From NCBI GenBank assembly GCA_947630675.1, contig CANRIN010000001.1:69361-133360 (forward strand): a stretch of 64,000 nt of DNA, given 5' to 3'. Source of the stretch: an uncultured Clostridia bacterium. Lineage in GTDB: Bacteria > Bacillota > Clostridia > Oscillospirales > JAAYOS01. The translations under genes and the position numbers were made by a program. This document shows positions 7,329-16,404 of the stretch, piece after piece (positions within the stretch are counted from its first letter, which is position 1; each line of letters begins with the position of its first letter). The notes under the pieces were generated by a model. That model was not told the origin of the DNA and made no database searches. It worked only from the letters and a program-made list of their open reading frames with translations.

Positions 7329-8849
7329 ATGGAACTGGAACTTATCGGAAAAAGCCATGTGTTCTACGATACCGGAGCGCGGCTCGTCACCGCCCGCGAG
7401 CAGACCCAGGAGCAGGTCGTGCCGGACGCGTGCCCGGACATCCTGCGCATCATCACGACCTACGGGAGCGTGTACGCCTCGGAGACAAGCCTGCACGACG
7501 GGCGGGCGGAGGTGAGCGGAACGGTGCGCGCGGCGGTGCTCTATCTGCCGGAGAGCGGCGAGGGCGTGGAGCAGCTCGTCCTCACCGTGCCGTTCACGCA
7601 GACCTTCGAGACGCCGAGCGAGCCGGGCGACCTGCTCTTCGCATCGGCAGAGCTCGAGAGCGTCGACGCGCGCACGATAAACCCGCGAAAGGTGCTCGTG
7701 CGGGCGAACGTGCGCGTCACGGCAAGAGTGCTGCGCCGCAGGACGGTGGAGATACCCGCGACGGTGAACGCACCGAGAAACCTCGGTGTGCGGACGCTCG
7801 AGGAGCGCACGAGCCACCGCGTTGCGACGGCGGCGGCATGCAAGGCATTCACGGTGAGCGACGTCATAGAGCTCGGCGGCGCGCCCGCCATGAAGGATGT
7901 GATACGCTCGAAGGCTTCCTTCACTGTGTCCGACTGCAACATCATCGGCAGACGGGCGGTGTTCAAGGCGACGGCGCTCGTGGAGACGCTGTACCGTGCG
8001 CAGAACGGCGCGGTGTGCTCGCACCGCGCGGAGGTACCGTTCTCGCAGATAGTCGAGACCGAAGGGCTCGAGGAGGGGTCGGAGCTCGTGATAGTCATAC
8101 GCGCCACCGGTATGACGAGCGCGGTGCGCCACGAGGACGGGGGCAGAGCCTACGAGTTTGCGGTCTCCGCCGAGGCTCAGACGGTGGCGTACAGCACACA
8201 TGAGTTCGCGGTGCTTGCCGACCTGTACAGCACCTCACAGCGCGCGGAGACCGAGACAGGCACGCTTGAGCTGGAGACCTTCATCAAGCACGGGGAGCGC
8301 CGCACTACGGTCCGCGCCACACTCGAGACGGGCGCGGAGGCGCGCGAGGCGGAGGATGCAGAGGTGTGCTTCACGGCGCCGGTGACGTCCCGCGGTGAGG
8401 ACGGCGTGCTGCAGATAACGTCGAACGCGGACGTGCGCGTCCGCTACACGGGCGAGGACGGCACGCAGTACCAGACGCGGGGACGGATACCCGTCTCGAT
8501 AGACGTCCCGGGCGAGGGGGACTGCTCGTGCGAGCTCCGCGTCGAGAGTGTTGCGCTGAGCGCGGCCATGCCGGGGGGCATCGAGATACGCCTCGACGTC
8601 GCGGCGGAGCTGGAGGAGACAAGGACCGAGACTGTGCGCTATGTCCGCCACGCGAAGCTCGAGGAGTACGGCGAGGACGCGCCGCCGCGTCCGTCGGTGG
8701 TCCTGCGGTACCCGCAGGAGGGGGAGACGATGTGGCAGCTTGCCAAGCGCTTCTGCACGACCGAGGCGGACATCCGCGACGCGAACGGCATGGCGGAGGA
8801 CGCGCTGCCCGACCCGAAGAAGCTGATGCTTATACCCAAGCGCCGATAG
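7329..8849 (+). CDS. SipL/SpoVID-like spore morphogenetic protein (DUF3794 repeats plus a C-terminal LysM)
   Basis: 506 aa. The N-terminus is DUF3794-like (VPDACPDILRI......V....). The C-terminus is LysM-like (VVLRYPQEGETMWQLAKRFCTTEADIRDANG). It lies immediately upstream of spoIVA. Confidence 0.7.
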   Translation: MELELIGKSHVFYDTGARLVTAREQTQEQVVPDACPDILRIITTYGSVYASETSLHDGRAEVSGTVRAAVLYLPESGEGVEQLVLTVPFTQTFETPSEPGDLLFASAELESVDARTINPRKVLVRANVRVTARVLRRRTVEIPATVNAPRNLGVRTLEERTSHRVATAAACKAFTVSDVIELGGAPAMKDVIRSKASFTVSDCNIIGRRAVFKATALVETLYRAQNGAVCSHRAEVPFSQIVETEGLEEGSELVIVIRATGMTSAVRHEDGGRAYEFAVSAEAQTVAYSTHEFAVLADLYSTSQRAETETGTLELETFIKHGERRTTVRATLETGAEAREAEDAEVCFTAPVTSRGEDGVLQITSNADVRVRYTGEDGTQYQTRGRIPVSIDVPGEGDCSCELRVESVALSAAMPGGIEIRLDVAAELEETRTETVRYVRHAKLEEYGEDAPPRPSVVLRYPQEGETMWQLAKRFCTTEADIRDANGMAEDALPDPKKLMLIPKRR

Positions 8850-8863
8850 AGAGGAGGATAAAC

Positions 8864-10342
8864 GTGGACAGAGGAAGGATATACGAGGACATAGCGAAGC
8901 GCACCGGCGGAGACATCTACATCGGCGTCGTCGGGCCGGTGAGGACGGGGAAGTCCACCTTCATAAAGCGCTTCATGGAGACGCTCGTGATACCCGGCAT
9001 AGAGAACGTGTACATGCGGGAGCGCGCCAAGGACGAGCTGCCGCAGTCCGGGTCCGGGAGGACGATAATGACCGCCGAGCCGAAGTTCGTACCGGAGGAC
9101 GCGGTCGAGGTCGCTCTGGACGGCGGGGCGCGCTTTAAGGTGCGCCTAATAGACAGCGTGGGGTACATGGTGGCGTCCGCCGCCGGCGCGCTCGAGGGAG
9201 ACGCGCCGAGGATGGTGTCGACGCCGTGGTTCGATCACCCCGTTCCGATGGCGGAGGCCGCCGAGACCGGCACCCGAAAGGTGATAGCCGAGCACTCGAC
9301 GATAGGCATAGTGGTAACGACCGACGGGACTGTCACCGACATCCCGCGCGAGGAGTACGCCGAGCCGGAGGAACGGGTGATAAAGGAGCTGAAGGAGCTC
9401 GGCAAGCCGTTTCTCGTCGTCGTGAACTCCGCCTTCCCGGAGGGGGCGGCGGCGCTCGAGACGGTGAAGACGATACGCGAGAAGTACGACGTCGGCTGCA
9501 TCGCGGCAAACTGTCTCCTTCTCGGTGAGGACGAGATAACGGCGATACTCCGCAGCGTCCTCGGCGAGTTCCCGGCGCGGGAGATAGGCTTCTTCCTGCC
9601 GTCGTGGGTCGAGACGCTGGAGAACTCGCACCCGATAAAGCGCGGGATATTCGACGCGATACTCGCCGGGGCGCAGGATATGCGCCGTGTGCGCGACGTC
9701 GAGGCGGCGGTGGCGAGGATACGCGAGTGCGAGCAGATAAGCTCGATAAGGCTCGCGGGCATCGACATGGGCACCGGCGTCGCCGTCGTGGACGCGGACC
9801 TGCCGCGCTCGCTCTTCTACAAGACGCTCGCGGAGCAGTCCGGCTTCGGGATACAGGACGACGGCGACCTCATGCGCCTCCTTGGCGAGCTCGCGTCGGT
9901 AAAGGCGGAGTACGACAAGGTGGCGCCGGCGCTCGCCGCGGTGAAGGCCACGGGCTACGGGATAGTCCTGCCCGCCACCGACGAGCTGTCGCTCGAGGAG
10001 CCGGAGATAGTGAAGCAGGGCGGCCGGTACGGCGTGCGCCTCCGCGCGAGCGCCCCGTCGATACACATGCTCCGCGCGGACATCGAGACCGAGGTGAGTC
10101 CGATAGTCGGCAGCGAGAAGCAGTCGGAGGACCTTGTGCACTACCTCCTGAGCGAGTTCGAGGACAAACCGGACGAGATATGGCAGTCGAACATCTTCGG
10201 CAAGAGCCTGCACGACCTTGTGAGCGAGGGACTTAACGCCAAGCTCAAGCGTATGCCGGAGGACGCGCGCGACAAGCTGCGCGAGACCCTCCAGCGAATC
10301 ATAAACGAGGGCAGCGGCGGGCTCATCTGCATCATACTCTAG
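8864..10342 (+). CDS. spoIVA: Stage IV sporulation protein A
   Basis: The GTG start follows GAGGAGG. The sequence DIYEDIAKRTGGDIYIGVVGPVRTGKSTFIKRFME... carries the SpoIVA Walker A N-terminus. The protein is 492 aa. Confidence 0.9.
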   Translation: MDRGRIYEDIAKRTGGDIYIGVVGPVRTGKSTFIKRFMETLVIPGIENVYMRERAKDELPQSGSGRTIMTAEPKFVPEDAVEVALDGGARFKVRLIDSVGYMVASAAGALEGDAPRMVSTPWFDHPVPMAEAAETGTRKVIAEHSTIGIVVTTDGTVTDIPREEYAEPEERVIKELKELGKPFLVVVNSAFPEGAAALETVKTIREKYDVGCIAANCLLLGEDEITAILRSVLGEFPAREIGFFLPSWVETLENSHPIKRGIFDAILAGAQDMRRVRDVEAAVARIRECEQISSIRLAGIDMGTGVAVVDADLPRSLFYKTLAEQSGFGIQDDGDLMRLLGELASVKAEYDKVAPALAAVKATGYGIVLPATDELSLEEPEIVKQGGRYGVRLRASAPSIHMLRADIETEVSPIVGSEKQSEDLVHYLLSEFEDKPDEIWQSNIFGKSLHDLVSEGLNAKLKRMPEDARDKLRETLQRIINEGSGGLICIIL

Positions 10343-10408
10343 CAGGAAGAGGTAGGCGCGGCGGACGCTGCGTCGGCGCGAAACGGTCTTCTCACAGGCA
10401 GAACACGC

Positions 10409-10439
10409 GGACGGGCGGCGGAACATCCGCCGCCCGTCC
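10409..10439 (+). terminator. Strong hairpin after spoIVA, without a T-run
   Basis: GGACGGGCGGCGGA-ACA-TCCGCCGCCCGTCC. Confidence 0.4.
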
Positions 10440-10538
10440 GGACGGCGTGAGGCATGCGATATGCCGCAGGAGCCGGGAAAAGCGATACGATAAGCCTCGG
10501 GTATTTTCACAGAATACGAAAATTTTCGTAAAAGGCGC

Positions 10539-10567
10539 TTTACAACCTCGGAAAACTGTGTTATAAT
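10539..10567 (+). promoter_or_regulatory. Sigma-A type promoter candidate for tRNA-Ala
   Basis: TTTACA, 17 bp, TATAAT, about 40 bp upstream of the tRNA. Confidence 0.5.
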
Positions 10568-10607
10568 AATCCACACGCGGACGGAGAGCGCCCGCAAAAC
10601 AGAATAT

Positions 10608-10684
10608 GGGCCCGTAGCTCAGCTGGGAGAGCGCACGGTTCGCATCCGTGAGGTTCGAGGGTTCGATCCCCTTCGGGTCCACCA
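10608..10684 (+). tRNA. tRNA-Ala (anticodon CGC)
   Basis: Cloverleaf read by eye: acceptor GGGCCCG/CGGGTCC with the G3:U70 alanine identity pair, D arm GCTC-AGCTGGGA-GAGC, anticodon arm CACGG-TTCGCAT-CCGTG, T loop TTCGATC, and an encoded CCA. The variable region looks one nt longer than usual. Confidence 0.8.
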
Positions 10685-10690
10685 AACAGA

Positions 10691-10725
10691 AGAGTCTGAA
10701 ACCGCAACGGTTTCAGGCTCTTTTC
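10691..10725 (+). terminator. Rho-independent terminator after tRNA-Ala
   Basis: AGAGTCTGAAACCG-CAA-CGGTTTCAGGCTCT followed by TTTC. Confidence 0.65.
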
Positions 10726-10832
10726 TTACTCTCGCAACGGTTTCGGGTTTCACAACTGCGAAAGCGGTTTCAGAATCGGAAAGGAATTTGCGGCGGTTTC
10801 GCGGTACAAAATGCACACGAAAATGCACACGA
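10703..10832. repeat. Short direct repeats between the tRNA and the integrase remnant (att/arm-site-like)
   Basis: CGCAACGGTTTC occurs at 10703 and 10733. GCGGTTTC occurs at 10764 and 10793, with about 27-30 bp phasing. A tandem AAATGCACACGA x2 lies at 10809-10832. Confidence 0.7.
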
Positions 10833-10849
10833 AATTCCGGCCAACCGGC

Positions 10850-11262
10850 CTTCGGGCCTGCCGACTGCTCGTCGGGCCCGGCTGAGTCAAAAAACTGTGT
10901 CAGCGCTGATCTGTGCCGGACGTCGTCGGACTGCGCGATATGCGTGTAAATCTTGAGCATGGTGTGGTCGTCCGACCATCCTCCGGCCTGCTGCATGGCC
11001 TTCGCCGGAATGCCTAAGTGATAGCCGAGCGAGGCGAAGCTGTGTCTGAGCCCGTGGATGCCGACCTCCGGGAGACCGTTTTTGCGGCAGATGCGGTTTA
11101 TCGTCTCGCGGAGGCGGTCGGGCGGCACCGTGCAGACGTACTCGCCGGAGCGGTCTGTCTCCTTGAGCAGCGTGACAAGGCGGTCGGGCAAGCTGACGGT
11201 GCGGGTGGACGATGCGTTTTTTGTGGCGTTCTATGGCTGCCGGTTTGACTGTTTCTTGACTT
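10850..11262 (-). pseudogene. Tyrosine recombinase/integrase remnant. Only the C-terminal catalytic half remains, with an in-frame stop and a 5' truncation.
   Basis: The reverse frame reads ..NATKNASSTRTVSLPDRLVTLL...GIHGLRHSFASLGYHLGIP...GGWSDDHTMLKIYTHI, covering the box II HxxR and the catalytic Y. There is a TAG at 11231-11233. Homology ends at the response-regulator promoter. There is no N-terminal SAM-like domain and no box I Arg. Confidence 0.7.
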
Positions 11263-11283
11263 TTTCGTGCTATGCTCTACAAT
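11256..11283 (+). promoter_or_regulatory. Sigma-A type promoter candidate for the two-component operon
   Basis: TTGACT, 16 bp, TACAAT. Confidence 0.5.
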
Positions 11284-11304
11284 AATATAATAAAAAGCGG
11301 GGTG

Positions 11305-11985
11305 ATGGACGTGGCGTACAAAATTCTGATAGCCGATGATGAGCCGATGCTGACCGAGATGTTGGCAGAGCATCTGGAGGGTGACGGCTACATCGTTTAT
11401 GTGGCGGGTGACGGTAATGCGGTCTTGGACAGGCTCAGTCAGCGTCCCGACCTTATCCTGTTGGACATCAACATGCCGGGAACGGACGGGCTGGAGTTGT
11501 GCAGAGCCATCCGTGACACGGTAAGCTGCCCCATCATCTTTCTCACGGCGCGTATCACCGAGCAGGACAAGATCCGCGGACTTCAGGCCGGAGGCGACGA
11601 CTACATCACCAAGCCTTTCAGTCTTGCGGAACTCTCGGCGCGGATCGGGGCGCATCTGCGGCGGGACCAGCGGCAGAGGAAAAGTGCAAGCCTCATCGTC
11701 TCCAACGGGCTTATCGTGGACCTCACGGGCAGGAGAGTACTCTGGCAGGGCGAGGAAATTCGCTTCTCCAGGCGGGAATACGAGATCATCGAGTTCCTTG
11801 CCATGAACCAGAACCAGATATTTGACCGGGAGCGGATGTACGAGCTTATCTGGGGTCTGGACGCCGAGGGCGACAGCCGTGTCATCAAGGAGCATGTCCG
11901 CAAAATACGCAATAAGCTCCTTGAAGTTACGGGTCGGGAGTTTATTGAGACGGTATGGGGGATGGGGTACAGATGGAAAAAGTGA
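11305..11985 (+). CDS. OmpR/PhoB-family response regulator
   Basis: Receiver domain (KILIADDEP...DLILLDINMPG.DG...C..IR....PIIFLTA) plus a winged-helix trans_reg_C domain (...VWGMGYRWKK). The true start could be the GTG at 11311. Confidence 0.85.
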   Translation: MDVAYKILIADDEPMLTEMLAEHLEGDGYIVYVAGDGNAVLDRLSQRPDLILLDINMPGTDGLELCRAIRDTVSCPIIFLTARITEQDKIRGLQAGGDDYITKPFSLAELSARIGAHLRRDQRQRKSASLIVSNGLIVDLTGRRVLWQGEEIRFSRREYEIIEFLAMNQNQIFDRERMYELIWGLDAEGDSRVIKEHVRKIRNKLLEVTGREFIETVWGMGYRWKK

Positions 11986-13277
11986 AGGGAAGCTCTCTGA
12001 GGGGCGAGTTTTCCGTCGCTGTGGCGGTCACAATGCTCGCCGTCGTCCTCGCCTCCGCCCTCACCGCGTGGGGATGCTGGGCGGTGCGGCACAATATCCT
12101 CCCGGAGCCGAACAAGGTGGCGCTTATTATTGAGGAGACATCGGCGGACGGGAAGGAGCATCAGAAAAACCGCATCGAGCTTACGCTGGACGAAAAGGCG
12201 GAGCCGGTCATATGGATGTCCAAGGAGATGACAAAGCCTGATTCCATAGGCGACCCGAGCATTTTGGTGGGAGAAGCGGACTTCTCCGTGGAGCGCATCG
12301 AGGCCAGCGTCTCACAGCTCGACCTCGCCGAGCGCGCCGTCTACACGGCGGCCGGCGTCCTGGCGGTGGTTCTCCCTGTGACCTACGCGGTGGCGGGGAT
12401 CCTTTGTTGTGCGCTGTGGTTCTACCGAAAGAAGGTGGCTCCGGCCATCGCCGCGCTGGACGACGCCACCCGCCACATAAGCGGACAGGATCTGGACTTT
12501 GCCGTGGAGTGTCCGCTTCGCAACGAGCTAGGCCGGCTTTGCGGATCCTTTGAGAAGATGCGAAAGGCTCTCTATGAAAACAACCTGAAGCTCTGGCGCT
12601 CCATGGAGGAGCGGCGGATCATGCAGCAGTGCGTGGCTCACGACCTCCGCAATCCCCTGACCATCATGGAGGGTAGCGTGGAACACATGCGCAGGCTGGC
12701 GGCCACGGGGGAACTGACGGGCGAGAGACTGGACTCTGCCCTCGACGGTCTTGCGGCGACCGCGAAACGGATGGAACGCTACACGGACAATATCCGTGAC
12801 CTTGACGCGCTGGAAGATACCGAGGTGCGGCTGACCGAGGTGTCCGTCCCGGACTTTCTGTACCGGGCGGCGGAAATGGTGAAGGTTCTGACGGAGGGGA
12901 GAGCGCTTGAGGTCGCGGCGTCCTTTGACTCGCCTGACGCGAAGATCGGGCTGGACGTGGAGATTTTCTACCGGGTGTTGGAGAATGTGTTCTCCAACGC
13001 GGTGCGGTACGCCCAAAGCCGCATCGAGCTTGTGTTTGAGCTTTGCGGGGAGACGCTTTGCGTGCGGGTGACCGACGACGGCCCCGGCTTTTCACAACAA
13101 ATGCTGATGAAGAAAAACAGCCTGTACTATTCCGAGGACACCTCCGGCCAACACCTGGGGCTGGGTCTCGCCGTCGGGAAGATCCTCTGCGAAAAGCACG
13201 GCGGCGCACTCAGACTCGGTAATTGCTCATCCGGTGGGGCAGCGGTGGAGATCGAGGTGACTGTCAAAAGAATATAA
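11973..13277 (+). CDS. Sensor histidine kinase (2 TM, ~110-aa extracytoplasmic loop, HAMP, HisKA, HATPase_c)
   Basis: H-box QQCVAHDLRNPLT. N/G boxes (NVFSNAVRYA, DDGPGF, GLGLAV). It overlaps the regulator stop by 13 nt. Confidence 0.85.
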   Translation: MEKVKGSSLRGEFSVAVAVTMLAVVLASALTAWGCWAVRHNILPEPNKVALIIEETSADGKEHQKNRIELTLDEKAEPVIWMSKEMTKPDSIGDPSILVGEADFSVERIEASVSQLDLAERAVYTAAGVLAVVLPVTYAVAGILCCALWFYRKKVAPAIAALDDATRHISGQDLDFAVECPLRNELGRLCGSFEKMRKALYENNLKLWRSMEERRIMQQCVAHDLRNPLTIMEGSVEHMRRLAATGELTGERLDSALDGLAATAKRMERYTDNIRDLDALEDTEVRLTEVSVPDFLYRAAEMVKVLTEGRALEVAASFDSPDAKIGLDVEIFYRVLENVFSNAVRYAQSRIELVFELCGETLCVRVTDDGPGFSQQMLMKKNSLYYSEDTSGQHLGLGLAVGKILCEKHGGALRLGNCSSGGAAVEIEVTVKRI

Positions 13278-13301
13278 TATTCATAGTATATAGCATAAAC
13301 G

Positions 13302-13330
13302 GCCGCTCACAAAAAGTGGGCGGCTTTTTT
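13302..13330 (+). terminator. Rho-independent terminator after the kinase gene
   Basis: GCCGCTCAC-AAAAA-GTGGGCGGC followed by TTTTTT. Confidence 0.65.
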
Positions 13331-13398
13331 GCGGCCTTGTCCAAAAGTTGACCTTTCGACTGTATAATCAGGTCATCGTTTGGAAAGGAGCGATTTTC

Positions 13399-15525
13399 AT
13401 GAAAACAAGGATGGCGTTATTTCTGGCGGTCTGCCTGCTGCTTTCCCTTCTGTCCGGCTGCGGGACAAACGGTGATCCCAAAGAGAGCAGCGTGTACGCG
13501 GGGATGGAGACGGAGAGCAACCCCTTCAACTACGAGGGACCGTCTGAGATTCTGGGTTCGATCAGTCATAAAGGGAATTGGACGGAGCGCGAGGAAGGCA
13601 AGCCCTTGGAGTACAGCGGCGGGGAGATCGCAGTCCCATACTGCGCCAAGGGTGACGGAACCGGTAAAGATGTGGGCTTTCTGCTGTTCGTTGAGGGCAT
13701 ACCCCAGCCTTACAAACTGAACGGCGAAGGCGAGTACGGCTATATGCATCCGTTCTCGCTCAAGGAGGACAATGTCGAGGAGCAGTTCACATTTAACTTT
13801 GTCCCTGTAACCGGGAAAGCCGGAGACACCTTGACCTTTACCGTGGCAAATATCTTCAACGCCGGATTTGAACCTGATATGGTGAGCTCGTCCAACTTCG
13901 GGCTTTACGGCAGCGCACTCAGCACCATAAACTTTATACATTTCTCCGCCGATCCCAAAACCGGCCATCAAGAGGCGCCGCCTTTGAAAGCGTTGTCCGA
14001 CGTCACGGTCACAAACGAGCTGATGACTGCCCGGTTCGTGGAAGAAAAACTCGGCCCTCAAGTCGGTATGACTACGGGAGACGGCAAAACCAGAGAGGAC
14101 AAGCTTGACGAATCCGTCTTTATGTTTGACACCTACGACGGGGAGCCGGAGCTCAACGACCTTGATATCACCGGAAAAGACTCTCTCCATGTGGCCGTGG
14201 ACCTCTGCGGGATACCGGGGCTCACATATGAGGTCACCTTCTTTGCGGATCACGTGCCGCTGTCGGACGGAGAGCAAAGCGTGTGGGAGGTAACGCTGGA
14301 AAAAGGAAAGGTCGCGAGAGTGGAGGCCGACCTCAGCCCGGACGGTCTGGAGGGTGTGACTACCTTCTATGCCGCCGCCTGTATCAGGGACAGCGCGGAC
14401 GTCAATGCCCGAAGCTGGGGACTGATCAAAACAGACTCCCTGCCCATATGGTCTCAGGACAAGCTTGACGCGGGCGGGCCTCAAGACAGCGGTAATAAGA
14501 CCGAAAGCGGTACACCCGCCGACAGCGTGGCGGAGATCCCCGAGGTGATGGACGAAACCGTCCGTTCCCTGTGGTACGGCACAGGGGACACAGTGCTTGT
14601 CAGAAAGCCGGACACGCTGTGCCTTGTTGACATAATGACCGGTGAGGTTTTGGCCGAGGGGCCGGTTCCCGACCTCAAGAACGTCACATACCATCCGGTC
14701 GACGAAGGCTTCTGCGCCGTGGGGGAGACGGCAGAAAGCGGTGAAGCCACTGTGTTGATGCAAGCCGATTCCGGCAAAACTGACACGATATGCGTTTTTC
14801 TCGACAGCACCCTTTCGGAGACAGACAGATTTTCCCTTTCCGCTCTCGCCGGTGAGGATAAACATATCATGTGTACCGCAATTTCCGCGGACGGATGCTA
14901 TGCGGCCTTCTCCGTTATGAATGACGGGATATACCTCTATTCCCGCGACACCGATGAGGTCACACTTCTGCGCGATCTGACCGGCGGTCACAGGGCTGAG
15001 AACAGCGGTATCACGATGGCGACGGGTCTATGGTTCAGCGGGGACTCATCAAAGCTGATTTTTTCCGACAACGCTCATTTCGGCAGTGTGGGACTTGACG
15101 GCAGGAATTTTGTCTGCGCAGGTTTTGACGGCTTTGACCCTCAAGGGGCGGTAGGGTACGCCGGAGGGAAGATGTTTTTCAATGAAAACTTCTTTACCGC
15201 CTCCGGAGCGATGGCCGTCGCGGATGTTGACGGTTTGAGCAGCGTTATCTACAAGCACTCGGCGAGGGAGGGCAGCGGAGACCTCTATGCCTCCCGCGAC
15301 GGCGGATATTTTGCCACTGCCGCGTTTGACGGCGGCCTGACTGTGCGTATCTACGGGACGGAGGATGACAGCCTGCGCCTGGAGTACACCATCACGGACG
15401 AAAATGAGGATGTTTTCAATGCCGCGCCCGGGATCCTCATTTTGGACGATTTGAAGCTGTGCCTTGTGAAGCTGGGCGGATTCTCGGATGTGCCGGCGCG
15501 GGTCGAACTTCTATCCTTCGAGTGA
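13399..15525 (+). CDS. Large secreted lipoprotein of unknown function (two Ig-like-looking repeats plus a C-terminal TolB/WD40-like propeller region)
   Basis: Signal peptide with a lipobox (MKTRMALFLAVCLLLSLLSGC). SD GGAAAGGAG. 708 aa. The C-terminus has repeated S.DG.Y.AF....G.Y.Y type strands. Confidence 0.65.
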   Translation: MKTRMALFLAVCLLLSLLSGCGTNGDPKESSVYAGMETESNPFNYEGPSEILGSISHKGNWTEREEGKPLEYSGGEIAVPYCAKGDGTGKDVGFLLFVEGIPQPYKLNGEGEYGYMHPFSLKEDNVEEQFTFNFVPVTGKAGDTLTFTVANIFNAGFEPDMVSSSNFGLYGSALSTINFIHFSADPKTGHQEAPPLKALSDVTVTNELMTARFVEEKLGPQVGMTTGDGKTREDKLDESVFMFDTYDGEPELNDLDITGKDSLHVAVDLCGIPGLTYEVTFFADHVPLSDGEQSVWEVTLEKGKVARVEADLSPDGLEGVTTFYAAACIRDSADVNARSWGLIKTDSLPIWSQDKLDAGGPQDSGNKTESGTPADSVAEIPEVMDETVRSLWYGTGDTVLVRKPDTLCLVDIMTGEVLAEGPVPDLKNVTYHPVDEGFCAVGETAESGEATVLMQADSGKTDTICVFLDSTLSETDRFSLSALAGEDKHIMCTAISADGCYAAFSVMNDGIYLYSRDTDEVTLLRDLTGGHRAENSGITMATGLWFSGDSSKLIFSDNAHFGSVGLDGRNFVCAGFDGFDPQGAVGYAGGKMFFNENFFTASGAMAVADVDGLSSVIYKHSAREGSGDLYASRDGGYFATAAFDGGLTVRIYGTEDDSLRLEYTITDENEDVFNAAPGILILDDLKLCLVKLGGFSDVPARVELLSFE

Positions 15526-15534
15526 GGCTTGCAT

Positions 15535-16404
15535 ATGGAAATCCGTTTTGAAAACATATCCAAACGCTATCGTCAGAAGTATGCCCTGCGTGGCTTCTCC
15601 ACCACACTCTCAAGTGGCGTTTATGGGCTTCTGGGCGCCAACGGTGCGGGAAAGACCACACTCATAAGCATACTCGTGGGCCTCGTGAAGCCGGACTCCG
15701 GTACTATTGCCGTGGACGGCACGGATGTGCGGGCGTTGGGGCGAAATTTCCTCTCAAAAATCGGCTACCTGCCCCAATACCCCGAATTTTATCGAGACTT
15801 CACGGTGACGGACTTTCTCGCCTACATGTGCGCTCTCAAGGGCATCCCGGCGGCGGAGGGCAAAAGGCGCGCGTCGGAGCTTCTGGATATCGTCAACCTC
15901 GGGAACGCAGCGGACAAGAAGGTGGGCGCGCTGTCCGGCGGTATGCGCCAGCGCGTGGGTATTGTCCAAGCTATGCTGTCAGACCCCGCTATTCTCATTC
16001 TCGACGAACCCACGGCGGGGCTCGACCCGCAGGAGCGGATACGTTTCCGCAACCTGATAACCCGTTTTTCAAAGGATCGGATGGTACTTCTTGCGACCCA
16101 TATCGTCTCCGATGTGGAGTTCATAGCCAATGAGGTCATCATCCTAAAGGAGGGGCGGCTCATCTGCCGGGACACTCCCCATGAGCTTGAACGGGAGTGT
16201 GCGGAACTCGTGTGGACTGTGACGGTGCCGGAGAGTGAGGATCTTGGCCGGTTCGACAAATACAACATCAGCAACATGCAGAGAAACGATGCGGGAGTGA
16301 CCATGCGCATCGTCTCCCGCGGGAAACCCCATCCTAGCGCAGTCCACGCGGAGCCGAACCTCGAGGATGTGTTCCTCTCCCATTTTGGGGAGGTGGAGCT
16401 GTGA
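15535..16404 (+). CDS. ABC transporter ATP-binding protein (ABC-2 type)
   Basis: Walker A GANGAGKTT, signature LSGGMRQR, Walker B ILILDEPT. Confidence 0.9.
   Translation: MEIRFENISKRYRQKYALRGFSTTLSSGVYGLLGANGAGKTTLISILVGLVKPDSGTIAVDGTDVRALGRNFLSKIGYLPQYPEFYRDFTVTDFLAYMCALKGIPAAEGKRRASELLDIVNLGNAADKKVGALSGGMRQRVGIVQAMLSDPAILILDEPTAGLDPQERIRFRNLITRFSKDRMVLLATHIVSDVEFIANEVIILKEGRLICRDTPHELERECAELVWTVTVPESEDLGRFDKYNISNMQRNDAGVTMRIVSRGKPHPSAVHAEPNLEDVFLSHFGEVEL

Noticed and set aside
8528-8863. N-terminal extension of the spoIVA ORF (604 aa).
   Set aside because: The extension overlaps the LysM end of the upstream gene in another frame. The GTG at 8864 follows GAGGAGG and gives the canonical SpoIVA N-terminus.
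10619-10850. C-terminal ~90 aa of the 190-aa integrase-like ORF, which runs through the tRNA-Ala gene.
   Set aside because: Integrase similarity ends shortly after the catalytic Tyr. The rest covers a tRNA, its terminator and short direct repeats, so it was treated as non-coding.
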